Made by a program: the position numbers and the translations under genes. From positions 32,001 through 96,000 of the forward strand of contig JALHMH010000012.1 of the NCBI GenBank assembly GCA_022844165.1: DNA of 64,000 nt, written 5' to 3'. The notes beneath the pieces were generated by a model. The model ran no database searches, had not been told where the DNA came from, and was given only the letters and a program-made list of their open reading frames with translations. This document shows positions 42,348 to 52,610 of the stretch, in pieces (the stretch's first letter is position 1; every line of letters begins with the position of its first letter). The DNA comes from Lysobacterales bacterium. GTDB taxonomy: Bacteria > Pseudomonadota > Gammaproteobacteria > Xanthomonadales > SZUA-5.

Positions 42348-44906
42348 ATGGATCGCGTTCTGATGATCGAAGCTTCGGCGACGCGACGTCGTGCGTTGTC
42401 TGGCATGTTGACTCAGAAGGCGTTTGCGGTGCGTGTGGTGGCGAACTACGCCGATGGCCTTACCGCCATTGGTGCCGAACACGCAGCCGCGATCATCGTC
42501 AGTTGGCCGGAATACTCGGATCGCCGCGCCGACGAGGTCTTCGCGCTCCTGCGCTCCCGCGACTATGCTCATTTGCCAGTGCTGGTCATGGCCGACTCGA
42601 CCGACGCCGGCGCGCTGAGCTGGTTGATGAAACGCGAACACACAGCGTTGTTGCTCTGGTCAGACTATTCGGACGCGCCGGAAGCCTTGTGCAAGCTGAT
42701 TCGTCCGAGCGCGAAACCGGCATCGGAAGTTGCCTCTGGCAACGCTCTGCGCGTGCTCTTTGTCGATGATTCGCCGACAGTACGGATTGCATTTAAACGT
42801 TTGCTGGCAGCCGAAGGATATCTGGTTGACACAGCCAATAGCGCCGAAGAAGGTCTGGCCCGAGCGCTGGAAGACGACTACAACATCGCCATTGTCGACT
42901 ACTTTATGCCGGGTAACTCCGGTGCCGAATTGGTGCGGCAGTTGCGCGACAATCCGAAGACCGCGGGTGTTCTTGCGGCAGTCATCACCGGCACGTATTC
43001 AGACCGGGTCATTACAGAGTCGCTGAGTGCGGGCGCCGTCGAATGCATGTTCAAGAGTGAGGCGCGCGAACTATTTCTGGCGCGGATGCGGTCTTTGTCG
43101 CGCACAGTGCATGATCGAATGGCAATCGACAACGAGCGTCGGCGATTGCGCGGAATTTTGACCTCGGTCGGTGAGGGCGTCTATGGCGTCGACCCAGCTG
43201 GTCGCATCCAGTTCATCAATCCGGCTGCGCTCGATATTCTCGGTTATCCGCATGATGTCGATTTCAGGGGTCAATCGGCAGCTGAGCGTTTCCATTTCGC
43301 TTTCGAAGATCGCACACGCATCCCGCCTGCGGCGTGTTTCTTGAGCCAGTGTTATATCGACGGTAATCAGGTCAGCGCCTGGCAGACGGTTTTTTGGCAC
43401 CAATCCGGGCGTTCTGTACCGGTCGAATGCACCGTGTATCCGCTCGACATTGACGGTCAGCGCGAAGGATCCGTTGTGGCTTTTCGCGACGTATCGCAAC
43501 AGCGTTTACTGGAAGAAGAACTGCGCTGGCAGGCAAGTCACGATTCGCTCACCAAGCTGCACAACCGGGCGCATTTCGAGCAAGCGCTTCAGCAGGAAGT
43601 GGCGCGCCTCAGGCGCTCCGACCAGGTGTCGCTGCTGTTGTTTATCGATGTCGATCGATTCAAATACATCAACGATACCCTTGGCCATGCGGCTGGCGAT
43701 CAGCTGCTGGTCGAGGCGAGCCACCGATTGAAAGCGCGGCTTCGCGTCGGTGACACGATTGCCCGCATGGGTGGCGATGAATACGCGTTGATTATTCGCA
43801 ATGCGCAGGCGCTCGATCCTTTGCAAGCCGGGGATGAGTTCCGGCGAGCACTGTCGGGTGAGTTGTTCTCGTACGGTGAGCAGCACTATCGACTGTCGGC
43901 GAGCATCGGCATCGCACGGTTGGATCGCAACTCGATGTCGCCGTCCGATGCGATGGCGAATGCCGATATCGCCTGTCATATCGCCAAGAACAAGGGCCGC
44001 AATCAGGTCCACGTGTACTCATACGACAGCGATCAACGGGCGTCAATGGACATCGAACTGAACTGGTCGGTGCGACTTGAAGAGGCGATCCGCGACAACC
44101 TTTTTGTCCTTTGTTTCCAACCGATCTTGCCGCTCGCCGATATCGACCTTTCGGCGTTGCCTGGTGCAGAGGGCGAACTTTGGCAGTCGCATCTGAATCA
44201 GCACGCGCATCGCCGCGTCTACTACGAGGTGTTGTTGCGCATGCGCTCGCAAAGTGGGGCGCTCGTCGCGCCCGATGCGTTTCTGCCGACTGCCGAGCGT
44301 TACAACATGATGCTGGATATCGATAAGTGGGTGCTGCACCACGCGCTCAAAGCGCTGCGTGAGCAGCAGTTGCTGAATCCGAGTCATCGGCTAGGTCTGT
44401 CGATTAACCTATCGGCTCAGTCATTAGGCGCCAATGGCATTGGCCGATTTGTGATCGACAAACTCGTCGAGTTCGATGTCGAGCCATCCTTGATTACATT
44501 CGAAATCACTGAAACCAAGGCGGTCACCAATCTCGACGCCGCCCGCGAGTTGATTGCGATGTTGCGTGCCCAGGGGTGTCGTTTCGCGTTGGACGATTTT
44601 GGCTGTGGCTTTTCGTCGTTCAGCCATTTGAAGCACCTCAATGTCGATTTCCTCAAAATCGATGGGTCGTTCATCCAGGGATTGCTCGAGGATCCCGTCG
44701 ACCGTGCGGTCATCGCGGCAATCAACAACATCGCCCATTCGGTCGGCAAGCGAACGGTTGCCGAGTACGTGGATCGCCCTGACGTGTTGTCCGCACTGCA
44801 CAGCTGTGGCGTAGATTTTGTCCAGGGCTACTACGTCGGCCGGCCGATGGACTCGCTGAATCACGCGCTGGCGCACTTGCCGGCGCGGGAGTTGTTGGTC
44901 GCTTAA
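42348..44906 (+). CDS. REC-REC-PAS-GGDEF-EAL diguanylate cyclase/phosphodiesterase
   Basis: FVDDS...IVDYFMPG, PAS, HDSLTKLHNR, GGDEY, EVLLR and DDFGCG motifs. Confidence 0.93.
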   Translation: MDRVLMIEASATRRRALSGMLTQKAFAVRVVANYADGLTAIGAEHAAAIIVSWPEYSDRRADEVFALLRSRDYAHLPVLVMADSTDAGALSWLMKREHTALLLWSDYSDAPEALCKLIRPSAKPASEVASGNALRVLFVDDSPTVRIAFKRLLAAEGYLVDTANSAEEGLARALEDDYNIAIVDYFMPGNSGAELVRQLRDNPKTAGVLAAVITGTYSDRVITESLSAGAVECMFKSEARELFLARMRSLSRTVHDRMAIDNERRRLRGILTSVGEGVYGVDPAGRIQFINPAALDILGYPHDVDFRGQSAAERFHFAFEDRTRIPPAACFLSQCYIDGNQVSAWQTVFWHQSGRSVPVECTVYPLDIDGQREGSVVAFRDVSQQRLLEEELRWQASHDSLTKLHNRAHFEQALQQEVARLRRSDQVSLLLFIDVDRFKYINDTLGHAAGDQLLVEASHRLKARLRVGDTIARMGGDEYALIIRNAQALDPLQAGDEFRRALSGELFSYGEQHYRLSASIGIARLDRNSMSPSDAMANADIACHIAKNKGRNQVHVYSYDSDQRASMDIELNWSVRLEEAIRDNLFVLCFQPILPLADIDLSALPGAEGELWQSHLNQHAHRRVYYEVLLRMRSQSGALVAPDAFLPTAERYNMMLDIDKWVLHHALKALREQQLLNPSHRLGLSINLSAQSLGANGIGRFVIDKLVEFDVEPSLITFEITETKAVTNLDAARELIAMLRAQGCRFALDDFGCGFSSFSHLKHLNVDFLKIDGSFIQGLLEDPVDRAVIAAINNIAHSVGKRTVAEYVDRPDVLSALHSCGVDFVQGYYVGRPMDSLNHALAHLPARELLVA

Positions 44907-44992
44907 GCGCTGCGTAATCGCGCGTGTTGAAACTTCGTTCCTGAATTTGAGAAACTGCGATCGATCCGTCAAACGCCAGCGACCCCGATCGC

Positions 44993-46393
44993 GTGCAGCA
45001 ACCCTCGTTCCTCTGGCACGACTACGAGAGTTTTGGCGTTGAGCCTCGGCGCGATCGACCGGCCGAATTCGCTGCGCTGCGCACGGATACGGACTTCAAT
45101 CCGATCGCTGAGCCAGTGACGATTCGCTGCCAGCCCACGATCGATTATTTGCCCGACCCGGACGCCTGTCGCGTGACCGGGATCGGTCCGATGCAGGCAT
45201 TGGAAACGGGCTTGCCGGAACCGCAATTTGCGGCTCGAGTGTTTGGCGAGATGTGCGAGCCGCAGACCTGCGTGGTGGGTTACAACAATCTGCGATTCGA
45301 CGATGAAATGACGCGCCATTTGTTCTGGCGAAACTTCTTCGATCCCTATGCCCGCGAATGGCAGAACGGCAATTCGCGCTTCGACATGATCGATCTGATG
45401 CGTGCGGCTTACGCGTTACGTCCGCACGGATTGCATTGGCCGCAGCGCGACGACGGCGCGCCCAGTTTTCGACTCGACGAACTGGCGCCAGCCAATGGAG
45501 TGAAACACGAACATGCGCATTCCGCGTTGGCGGACGTCGAAGCGACGCTGGGTCTTGCGCGCAAGTTGCGGGCGGCGCAACCCAAGCTCTTTGAGCACGC
45601 CCTGAGCCTGCGCGACAAGCACCGGGTGTCAGGCATGTTGAACTGGCAGGCGCGCGCGCCCTTGGTGCATGTTTCGCAGCGGTTTCCTGCGGCCCGCGGT
45701 TGTTTGGCGATTGTCGTCCCGTTGGCATTCCATCCCAGACAGTCAGGAAAAATCATTGTTTACGACAGCTACCACGATCCTGCGCCCTTATTGACCGAAT
45801 CGCCGCAGCGTTTGTCTGAGTTGCTGTTGTTGCCCGGCGACGCAGCTTCGCGCACGCCGCTGGGCCTGAAGCTGGTGCACACCAACAAAGTGCCGTTCCT
45901 CGCGCCGTTGTCGGTCTTGACGGGCGTCGATCTCGCGCGCATAGCGCTTGACCGAGAACGCTGTATGGCCAACGTATGCAGCGTGCAGAACGCGCCAGAT
46001 CTGGATCGCAAGGTTCAAGAGATATTTGCATCTGTGGACGAAAGCCAGCGTGCCAATGAAGAGGACGTTGACAGCGCGTTGTACAGCGGGTTCGTCAGCG
46101 ACGCTGACCGCAGATTGTGCTCTCGATTTCGTTCGGCCTCGCCCGAACAGATGGCGGAGGTCGCATTGGGATTTCAAGATTGCAGATTGCGCGAGTTGGC
46201 GTTTCGCTATCGCGCCCGGCATTTCAACGGCACTTTGAGCCCGATCGAAAAGGACCTCTGGCGTGCGTACGGTCGTCGGCAACAGCAAAATGGAAAGAGA
46301 CCGTTTGCCGCCGTGCTCGAAGCCGCAAATCGCTTTGATGATGCGGTTCGCGTCGATGTACTGCGCTGGCTGGAACTGGCCAGCGCAATTTGA
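44993..46393 (+). CDS. sbcB: Exodeoxyribonuclease I
   Basis: WHDYESFG..PRRDRP, GYNNLRFDDE, AHSALADV and DVDSALYSGF motifs. Confidence 0.95.
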   Translation: MQQPSFLWHDYESFGVEPRRDRPAEFAALRTDTDFNPIAEPVTIRCQPTIDYLPDPDACRVTGIGPMQALETGLPEPQFAARVFGEMCEPQTCVVGYNNLRFDDEMTRHLFWRNFFDPYAREWQNGNSRFDMIDLMRAAYALRPHGLHWPQRDDGAPSFRLDELAPANGVKHEHAHSALADVEATLGLARKLRAAQPKLFEHALSLRDKHRVSGMLNWQARAPLVHVSQRFPAARGCLAIVVPLAFHPRQSGKIIVYDSYHDPAPLLTESPQRLSELLLLPGDAASRTPLGLKLVHTNKVPFLAPLSVLTGVDLARIALDRERCMANVCSVQNAPDLDRKVQEIFASVDESQRANEEDVDSALYSGFVSDADRRLCSRFRSASPEQMAEVALGFQDCRLRELAFRYRARHFNGTLSPIEKDLWRAYGRRQQQNGKRPFAAVLEAANRFDDAVRVDVLRWLELASAI

Positions 46394-46527
46394 CCGGGTG
46401 TGCATCAATCGTGTCCGACTTTGAACGGACGCGCGTCCATTCTTGTGTAAGTCATTGAATAATCCTTGATTCGACGACTGGCCCGAGGATTGCATCGCGA
46501 GCGCAAACCCTCTTTTTTGGCCCGCTC

Positions 46528-47307
46528 ATGTCCACGCGCACAACTCCACTGGTCGTTCTTGCCGCTACTTTGCTCGCAGTCGTGACGATGAGCTGGGTTT
46601 TTATCTTCCCACGGTTTGTCCAGGACATACCGCTGGACACCGTTGAGGCGTCGTACAGCGCGCTCGAAGCCTTGTTCGCCGGCCTGGCGTTCCTGGGCTT
46701 GTTGTCGACCATCTGGATTCAACGCCAGGAGCTGCGATTGCAACGCATTGAGCTGTCGCAAACTCGCGAAGAGATGCGTCGTCAGGCTGAGGCCCAAGAG
46801 AAAAGCGAACGTGCATTGCATGCGCAAACCGAGGCGTTGCGCGATGAGGCAGAGCGCCAGGCGCGCGCCTACTTGCGCATATCGCTGGTGCCAACGGGCA
46901 GTTCGAGTTGGGCGCTGGAGATCAGCAATGCCGGGCGAACGCCTGCAGAAGACGTACAACTGACCGTCGATCGACCGTTGTGGTTATGGGGACGCGACGA
47001 TCAATTGAGATTATTGAGTGAACTGCCGCTGTTCGCATGCGGCGGCTTCACCATTCCGCCGGGCTTTACGTTGACCTACGCGTTGCAAGATCGCCGCGTG
47101 CTGTCGCACGTTTTTGAGCGTGCTGTCGACCAGCCAACGCAGTTTTCCATCGGGGCGCGATATCGTACGACCGCAGGTCGTGTTGTCGAAGAACAGAGCC
47201 GTTTCAGTTTGGACCTTCTGGAAGAAACCAGCGCCGGCGACAAAGACTTCTGGACGCGCCAGGTGGTGCAGGCGTTGCGCGACCTGAAGCCCAAGGAGCG
47301 CCATTGA
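46528..47307 (+). CDS. Hypothetical protein: 2 TM, coiled coil and beta-rich C-terminal domain
   Basis: ALFAGLAFLGLLSTIWIQRQELRLQRIELSQTREEM; C-domain AYLRISL...LEISNAGRTPAEDV. Confidence 0.75.
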   Translation: MSTRTTPLVVLAATLLAVVTMSWVFIFPRFVQDIPLDTVEASYSALEALFAGLAFLGLLSTIWIQRQELRLQRIELSQTREEMRRQAEAQEKSERALHAQTEALRDEAERQARAYLRISLVPTGSSSWALEISNAGRTPAEDVQLTVDRPLWLWGRDDQLRLLSELPLFACGGFTIPPGFTLTYALQDRRVLSHVFERAVDQPTQFSIGARYRTTAGRVVEEQSRFSLDLLEETSAGDKDFWTRQVVQALRDLKPKERH

Positions 47308-47358
47308 TGCCGAAGTCGTCGAAACTGAGAAGATCTCAACCGCGATGCGCTTTGCGCG

Positions 47359-48252
47359 CTATGAATTGCACTGAAAGTACAAGACATCCGTTGGATCCTT
47401 GTCGACCGCTTGCCCGAGGCTGATTTTTCCGCCTTTGCGCAATTGCAATTCGTCGCGGTGCAGGCGCAGTTCGTCGTCCTCACCGAGCTTAACGTAGGTC
47501 CCGTTGGTGCTGCGGTCCGTGAGCACAAAGTAACCGCGCTTAAACTCGATGTGCGCGTGGTTCCGCGACACCCACTCGTTGTCGACCACCAAGGTACTGC
47601 TGGGATCGCGGCCAAGACCAAACGGCGGCGAACTGCTGGACAGCTCAATCAACTGGCCGCGATACCGTAGCGAGATCTTCGCGCCGGCAGGTGCGTCTTC
47701 CAGGCGGATGGCGCGCGCAACCATGGTGACGTTCGATGTGTCCTCTTGCCAAACCACATCGACGATTTCAACGGGATTGAGTTTTCCGGCGACACGGACA
47801 TCGCCCAGATGCCGGGTCCGGATGATCGAGTGATTGGTCAAGCCTCGCACAGTCGTCAGCGTGGTAACGATTTGCTCACGTTTGGCCATCTGCGTCATAC
47901 GCGCGGCGGTATTGACTGCATCTCCGTAGACATCACCCTCTTCAAGCAGTGCCTCGCCATGGTGCAGGCCGATACGCACCGCCAACGATTCCTTTTGCCA
48001 GGTCGGATCGCCGTGAATTCGCCGCTGCATATCGATCGACGCCATCAGGCCGGCCATTGCGCCAGGAAAGGTACACATCAGCTCATCGCCAATGGTCTTA
48101 ATGACCCGGCCGCCATGCCGGTGGGTGACTTCTGTCAGGGCACCGAGCACGACTGTCGTGATTGAGCGCGCGCCGACGTCGCCGAGCTTTTCGAAGAGCT
48201 TGGTGCTGCCGGCAATGTCCGCAAAGAGGATGGTGATCGGTTGGAGGCTCAT
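47359..48252 (-). CDS. Class III adenylate cyclase with C-terminal FHA domain
   Basis: LFADIAGST, IKTIGDE and GDVYGDAVNTAAR (adenine-specifying Lys/Asp); FHA GR...VSRNHA...STNGTYV. Confidence 0.92.
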   Translation of the reverse strand: MSLQPITILFADIAGSTKLFEKLGDVGARSITTVVLGALTEVTHRHGGRVIKTIGDELMCTFPGAMAGLMASIDMQRRIHGDPTWQKESLAVRIGLHHGEALLEEGDVYGDAVNTAARMTQMAKREQIVTTLTTVRGLTNHSIIRTRHLGDVRVAGKLNPVEIVDVVWQEDTSNVTMVARAIRLEDAPAGAKISLRYRGQLIELSSSSPPFGLGRDPSSTLVVDNEWVSRNHAHIEFKRGYFVLTDRSTNGTYVKLGEDDELRLHRDELQLRKGGKISLGQAVDKDPTDVLYFQCNS

Positions 48253-48514
48253 AGGGCCAATGCTAGGACATGCGACATGGGTGGGCAAAGCCCTGAATTC
48301 GTTTGCCGGAGAAAACCGGGTTGCAGATTGCGCTCGATCCGTTCAAAAGTCACGTAACGCCCTTGCGCACCTTCACACGAGCATTGACGACTTCAAGCTG
48401 ACTCCAACGCAGCTGCGCAACGATACGCAGGTTAACTGGCGAATCCCACAGGGTCCAATGAATCTATGCATTTTTTCGTAGCATCGCGATGATACTTTTG
48501 GAGCGTGGACAATC

Positions 48515-49897
48515 ATGGCCCTGCACCTCGATTCGCTCCGCCTGCGCAAATTGGCCGTTTGGGGTTACGGCGCCGAAGGTCAGGCGGCCTTGCGACTATT
48601 ACGCACGTACTTTCCTGAAAAGAAAATTGGCGTGATCATCGACGTCGACGAAGCGGCGCGATGGGATTTCAGCGGCGATCCGATGATCGAAGTGGTCACC
48701 GAACCGCCCAGCGCTGGCACGCTAGGGCAGTTTCAGTACATCATCAAATCGCCCGGCATCAGTCCCTATCCACATCGAAAGGCGATGGAGTGGGCGGGAT
48801 TTCGCGGCACACGATTTATTTCCGGAACGTCGCTCTGGTTTGGCCACCATGCCCGCGACAAAACCGTGATCATCACCGGCACTAAAGGAAAGAGTACGAC
48901 CAGTGCGGTGACGGCTGCTTTGTTGCGCGCCAGTGGCGCTCGCGTTGGACTTGCCGGGAATATTGGGCTGCCGTTGCTGGAGGTGATCCATGCAGATCCG
49001 CCTGCCGACTATTGGGTTATCGAATTGTCAAGCTACCAGGCCGCGGATTTTGTTGGCCATCCGGCGATCGTCGCAGTTCTCAATCTAAGTCCCGAACATC
49101 TGGACTGGCATGGCGATGTCGAGACGTACTATAGCGACAAGCTCAGGCTGGTAGCGCCCGGTGTCGCCGATCTGGCGGTCGTAAATGCGACGGATGCTGA
49201 ATTGATGGCGCGCGTCGGTGACGTTGAGCATAAGGCGCTATTCAATCATCGGGGATTTTGGCACGCACGTGGCGAGGAGGTTTGGTACGACTCCGAGCGC
49301 GTCCTGAGTCTCTCGTCGACATCGCTCAAAGGTGAACACAACGCGGCGAATCTCGCAGCAGCCTTTACGATTGTGGAGTCGTTCGGTATCGATCCGCGTC
49401 CTCTGACGCAGGCGCTCCGCACCTTCAAGCCCCTGCCGCACCGGCTGACCTCGCTCGGTCTTCACGATGGCATCGAGTACATAGACGACAGCATCGCAAC
49501 GACGCCGACAGCCACGCTTGCAGCTATTCGAGCCTTGGCCCGCGATGATTTGGTGGTCATTGTGGGTGGCTTCGATCGTGGCATCGATTGGATGGAGTTT
49601 GCAGCAAATGTACCGTCGCGATGTGGCCTGGTGATTATCGGTCAAAACGCTGAGCGAATCGCCGCGGCGATGGCGGCGGCCGGTAAAGGCATGCAGTGCA
49701 ATCGTGCTGAGAACCTGGAAAGCGCCATTGCTGTGGCGCGGGGCATGTTGCCGTCCAAGAACGGAGCGATACTCTTATCGCCGGGCGCGCCCAGCTTCGA
49801 CCAATACGTCAATTATGCGGCTCGCGGTCGCGCGTTCGCTCTTGCGGCCGGGCTTGATCCGACTGATGACCACATTGCCGGCATGGGCGTTTTCTGA
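48515..49897 (+). CDS. murD: UDP-MurNAc-L-Ala:glutamate ligase, MurD2 (Xanthomonas-type)-like
   Basis: IKSPGIS, ITGTKGKSTT, ELSSYQ, HLDWH, DDSIATTP, GGFDRG and LSPGAPSF motifs; lies outside the dcw cluster. Confidence 0.88.
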   Translation: MALHLDSLRLRKLAVWGYGAEGQAALRLLRTYFPEKKIGVIIDVDEAARWDFSGDPMIEVVTEPPSAGTLGQFQYIIKSPGISPYPHRKAMEWAGFRGTRFISGTSLWFGHHARDKTVIITGTKGKSTTSAVTAALLRASGARVGLAGNIGLPLLEVIHADPPADYWVIELSSYQAADFVGHPAIVAVLNLSPEHLDWHGDVETYYSDKLRLVAPGVADLAVVNATDAELMARVGDVEHKALFNHRGFWHARGEEVWYDSERVLSLSSTSLKGEHNAANLAAAFTIVESFGIDPRPLTQALRTFKPLPHRLTSLGLHDGIEYIDDSIATTPTATLAAIRALARDDLVVIVGGFDRGIDWMEFAANVPSRCGLVIIGQNAERIAAAMAAAGKGMQCNRAENLESAIAVARGMLPSKNGAILLSPGAPSFDQYVNYAARGRAFALAAGLDPTDDHIAGMGVF

Positions 49898-49980
49898 GGG
49901 TATTTCAGGTCGTGATTTGCCCCTTGGTCGGAACGAACAACCATCGGTTCTATCTGTCTTGTCAAGTGCGCATCCCTGCG

Positions 49981-51723
49981 CTAAGCGAATTGCAGGCGCG
50001 CTAGTTCGGCATACAGGCCGCCCTGGGCCAACAATTCTTCGTGTTTGCCGCTGGCGAGGATTTTTCCGCCATCGAATACGATGATGCGGTCGGCTTTGCG
50101 AACGGTCGCAAGGCGATGCGCGATCACCAGCGTCGTTCGTCCCAACATCAGGCGCTCAAGCGCTTGCTGCACGGCTCTTTCGCTTTGCGCATCCAGCGCA
50201 CTCGTCGCCTCATCCAATAGCAGTATTGAGGCATCGCGGAGCAAAGCCCGGGCGATGACGATTCGCTGCTGCTGTCCGCCCGAGAGCCGCACGCCACGTT
50301 CGCCCAGATACGTGTCGATGCCGTTTGGCAACGACTCCAGGAACTCCAACGCCTCGGCAGCACGCGCCGCAGTCAACACCTCCTGGCGACTCGCCGATGG
50401 CCTGCCGTAGGCGATGTTGGCGAACGCCGTTGTGCCGAAGATCACTGGGTCCTGCGGCACCAGGGCGAACAAGTCACGCAAGTCGGCGACGCGCATTTGC
50501 CGGACATCCATTCCGTCAATGCGGACCGCGCCACCCTGCGGATCGAAAAAACGCAGCAGTAGCTGAAAAACGGTGGACTTGCCTGCACCACTCGGCCCCA
50601 CTAAGGCAATCGTCTCGCCGCGCCGAATCTCAAGGTCGATATGGTCGAGCGCGGCTCGGTCGGGTCTTGACGGGTAATGGAAGACCACATCGTCGAATGT
50701 GATGCGCTCGCGTAAGCCCGCTTTCTCTTGCGGTGCGGTCGGATCGGCAATCAATGAACGCAATGCCAATAGTTCGGCGAGACGGCCCATCGCGCCGGAA
50801 GCACGTTGCACATCACCCCAAACCTCGCTGACCGCGCCGACGGAGCCGGCGGCGATGACCGCGTACAACACAAACTGGCCGAGCTCGCCACCCGACAATG
50901 TGCCGGCGAGTACCGCCTTGGCACCGATCCACAGCACCATAACCACAGCCCCGAACACCAACAAGATGGCGACTGCGGTCAGTGTTGCGCGCATTCGAAT
51001 ACGGCGTTTCGCTGTGGCCAGCGTGCGGCGCACGGCGTCGCCGAAACGCTGCGATTCGCGCGCTTCAGCGACGTTGGCCTGCACTGTGTGCATGGCACTG
51101 AAGGTCTCGCCGGCAATGGCCGAGCTGTCCGCTATGCGATCCTGGCTTTCTCGCGAGAGTTTCTCGACGCGTCGGCCAAATAGCAGAATCGGTGCAATCA
51201 CCAATGGAATGCCAATGACGATCAGTAGCGACAGCTTTGGACTGGTGATGACCAGCATGATCAGCGCGCCTGCCAACATGACAATGCTGCGCAGCGCAAC
51301 GGAGGCACTGGATCCGATCACTGTCTGTATGAGCTCGGTATCGGCTGCCAGGCGGGATACCAGCTCGCCACTACGCGTGGTTTCAAAAAACGAAAGGTCC
51401 TGGGTGAGCAGATGGTCGTAAACCGATCGACGCAAATCGGCCATCACTAATTCGCCAATGCGCGTGACGAAGTAAAAACGCGCCGCCGTACCGATCGCCA
51501 GCAGAACTGCGATCATCAGAAGTGCCAGAAAATAGCGGTCGACGAAGGCAGCATTCGCGGCAGAGAATCCGTGGTCGATCATTTGCCCCACTGCACTCGG
51601 GAGCGACAAAGATGCAGTGGCCGCCAGCAGCAGAAAAGCGACGGCCGCTGCAACCAGGTTGCGGTAAGGCCGCAGGAATGGCAGCAACGCCGCCAGCGGT
51701 TTCACACTGCGCCGCTCAATCAT
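49981..51723 (-). CDS. MsbA-like ABC exporter (fused permease and ATPase)
   Basis: TM domain plus GPSGAGKST, LSGGQQQR and LLLDEATSALD. Confidence 0.93.
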   Translation of the reverse strand: MIERRSVKPLAALLPFLRPYRNLVAAAVAFLLLAATASLSLPSAVGQMIDHGFSAANAAFVDRYFLALLMIAVLLAIGTAARFYFVTRIGELVMADLRRSVYDHLLTQDLSFFETTRSGELVSRLAADTELIQTVIGSSASVALRSIVMLAGALIMLVITSPKLSLLIVIGIPLVIAPILLFGRRVEKLSRESQDRIADSSAIAGETFSAMHTVQANVAEARESQRFGDAVRRTLATAKRRIRMRATLTAVAILLVFGAVVMVLWIGAKAVLAGTLSGGELGQFVLYAVIAAGSVGAVSEVWGDVQRASGAMGRLAELLALRSLIADPTAPQEKAGLRERITFDDVVFHYPSRPDRAALDHIDLEIRRGETIALVGPSGAGKSTVFQLLLRFFDPQGGAVRIDGMDVRQMRVADLRDLFALVPQDPVIFGTTAFANIAYGRPSASRQEVLTAARAAEALEFLESLPNGIDTYLGERGVRLSGGQQQRIVIARALLRDASILLLDEATSALDAQSERAVQQALERLMLGRTTLVIAHRLATVRKADRIIVFDGGKILASGKHEELLAQGGLYAELARLQFA

Positions 51724-51925
51724 CGTGCGCTTTCATCAATACACGCGCCAGCCAAAACATCAGTACGGGGTAGCCAATGCCAATGATCCAGAGATCCCAA
51801 TTGGTGCGAACCTGGTTAAGCGTCTGGTAGGCGGCAAGAGACAAAATCAACAGGCCTCCCAAAACGCCAGCGGCTCGAAGGGCCAGCACACAAAGGCGTT
51901 GCCAGGTCGAAAGAGTCGTTTTCAT
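51716..51925 (-). CDS. Small 2-TM membrane protein
   Basis: Two hydrophobic stretches; stop overlaps the start of the ABC exporter. Confidence 0.55.
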   Translation of the reverse strand: MKTTLSTWQRLCVLALRAAGVLGGLLILSLAAYQTLNQVRTNWDLWIIGIGYPVLMFWLARVLMKAHDD

Positions 51926-52103
51926 CGTCAGAAGATACACGCTGCGCGTTTCCTATCGGTGGACATCTGCGGAGTGATCCCGAAATTTCATGCGTGTAGA
52001 ACGGTTGTTTTACTTTCTACTGTACGTGAGCCCGCCACCCGCGCAGCTTATACTCGCCAAGTCGACTCGAAGGACACCTCCACGCGTGGTCAGTGTTGCA
52101 GTC

Positions 52104-52610
52104 ATGGAAAATGCGTTGAATCTGCGCTCGAGTGGCGAGCAGCGCATCCCGGAGGGCCTATACGAGCGCGTGCTTGAGTCGGCGAGTAATCTCGTGATTC
52201 TGGACACGCCACACGGCGATGATGTGCTGAGTAGTTTTCGTCAGACGGCGCAACGACGTGGGCACTCCGTTTATGCCTGGAGCGCGGCGCTCGGCTTGGC
52301 CAGCTTGCGTGAGCACGGCATCACGGTGGCCGGCAGTAAGCGCTTGCCGGACGCACTGCGCTTCGTTTTGCAGTCGAGCCATTTCGGGGTCTACGTTTTC
52401 CCGTCGGACAAACGCGAATTTACCCCGCAGATCATCGCATTGCTGCGGCAGATCGCGCGGGGCAAGGAGGGCGGCGACAAGCGCGTTGTGGTGATGGGCC
52501 ATGATATGGAGGTTTCGACCCCCTTGGATCGGCTCGCAACGTTGGTTGTGCACAAGCACGGACCTTCGCAGCATTTTCGATTGCGTGACGGACGCTGGGT
52601 GCGTGGATGA
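52104..52610 (+). CDS. Hypothetical protein resembling the non-catalytic N-terminal domain of Ycf46-like AAA+ ATPases
   Basis: LVILDT, SVYAWS...GL, DALRFV..S.HFGVYVF and LLRQIA pattern; ATGA overlap with the next gene. Confidence 0.65.
   Translation: MENALNLRSSGEQRIPEGLYERVLESASNLVILDTPHGDDVLSSFRQTAQRRGHSVYAWSAALGLASLREHGITVAGSKRLPDALRFVLQSSHFGVYVFPSDKREFTPQIIALLRQIARGKEGGDKRVVVMGHDMEVSTPLDRLATLVVHKHGPSQHFRLRDGRWVRG

Noticed and set aside
46528-48252. Cyclase plus TM protein as a Pycsar/CBASS-like defence pair
   Set aside because: The genes are convergent, the cyclase has adenine-specifying Lys/Asp and an FHA domain, and the TM protein shows no cNMP-binding motif.
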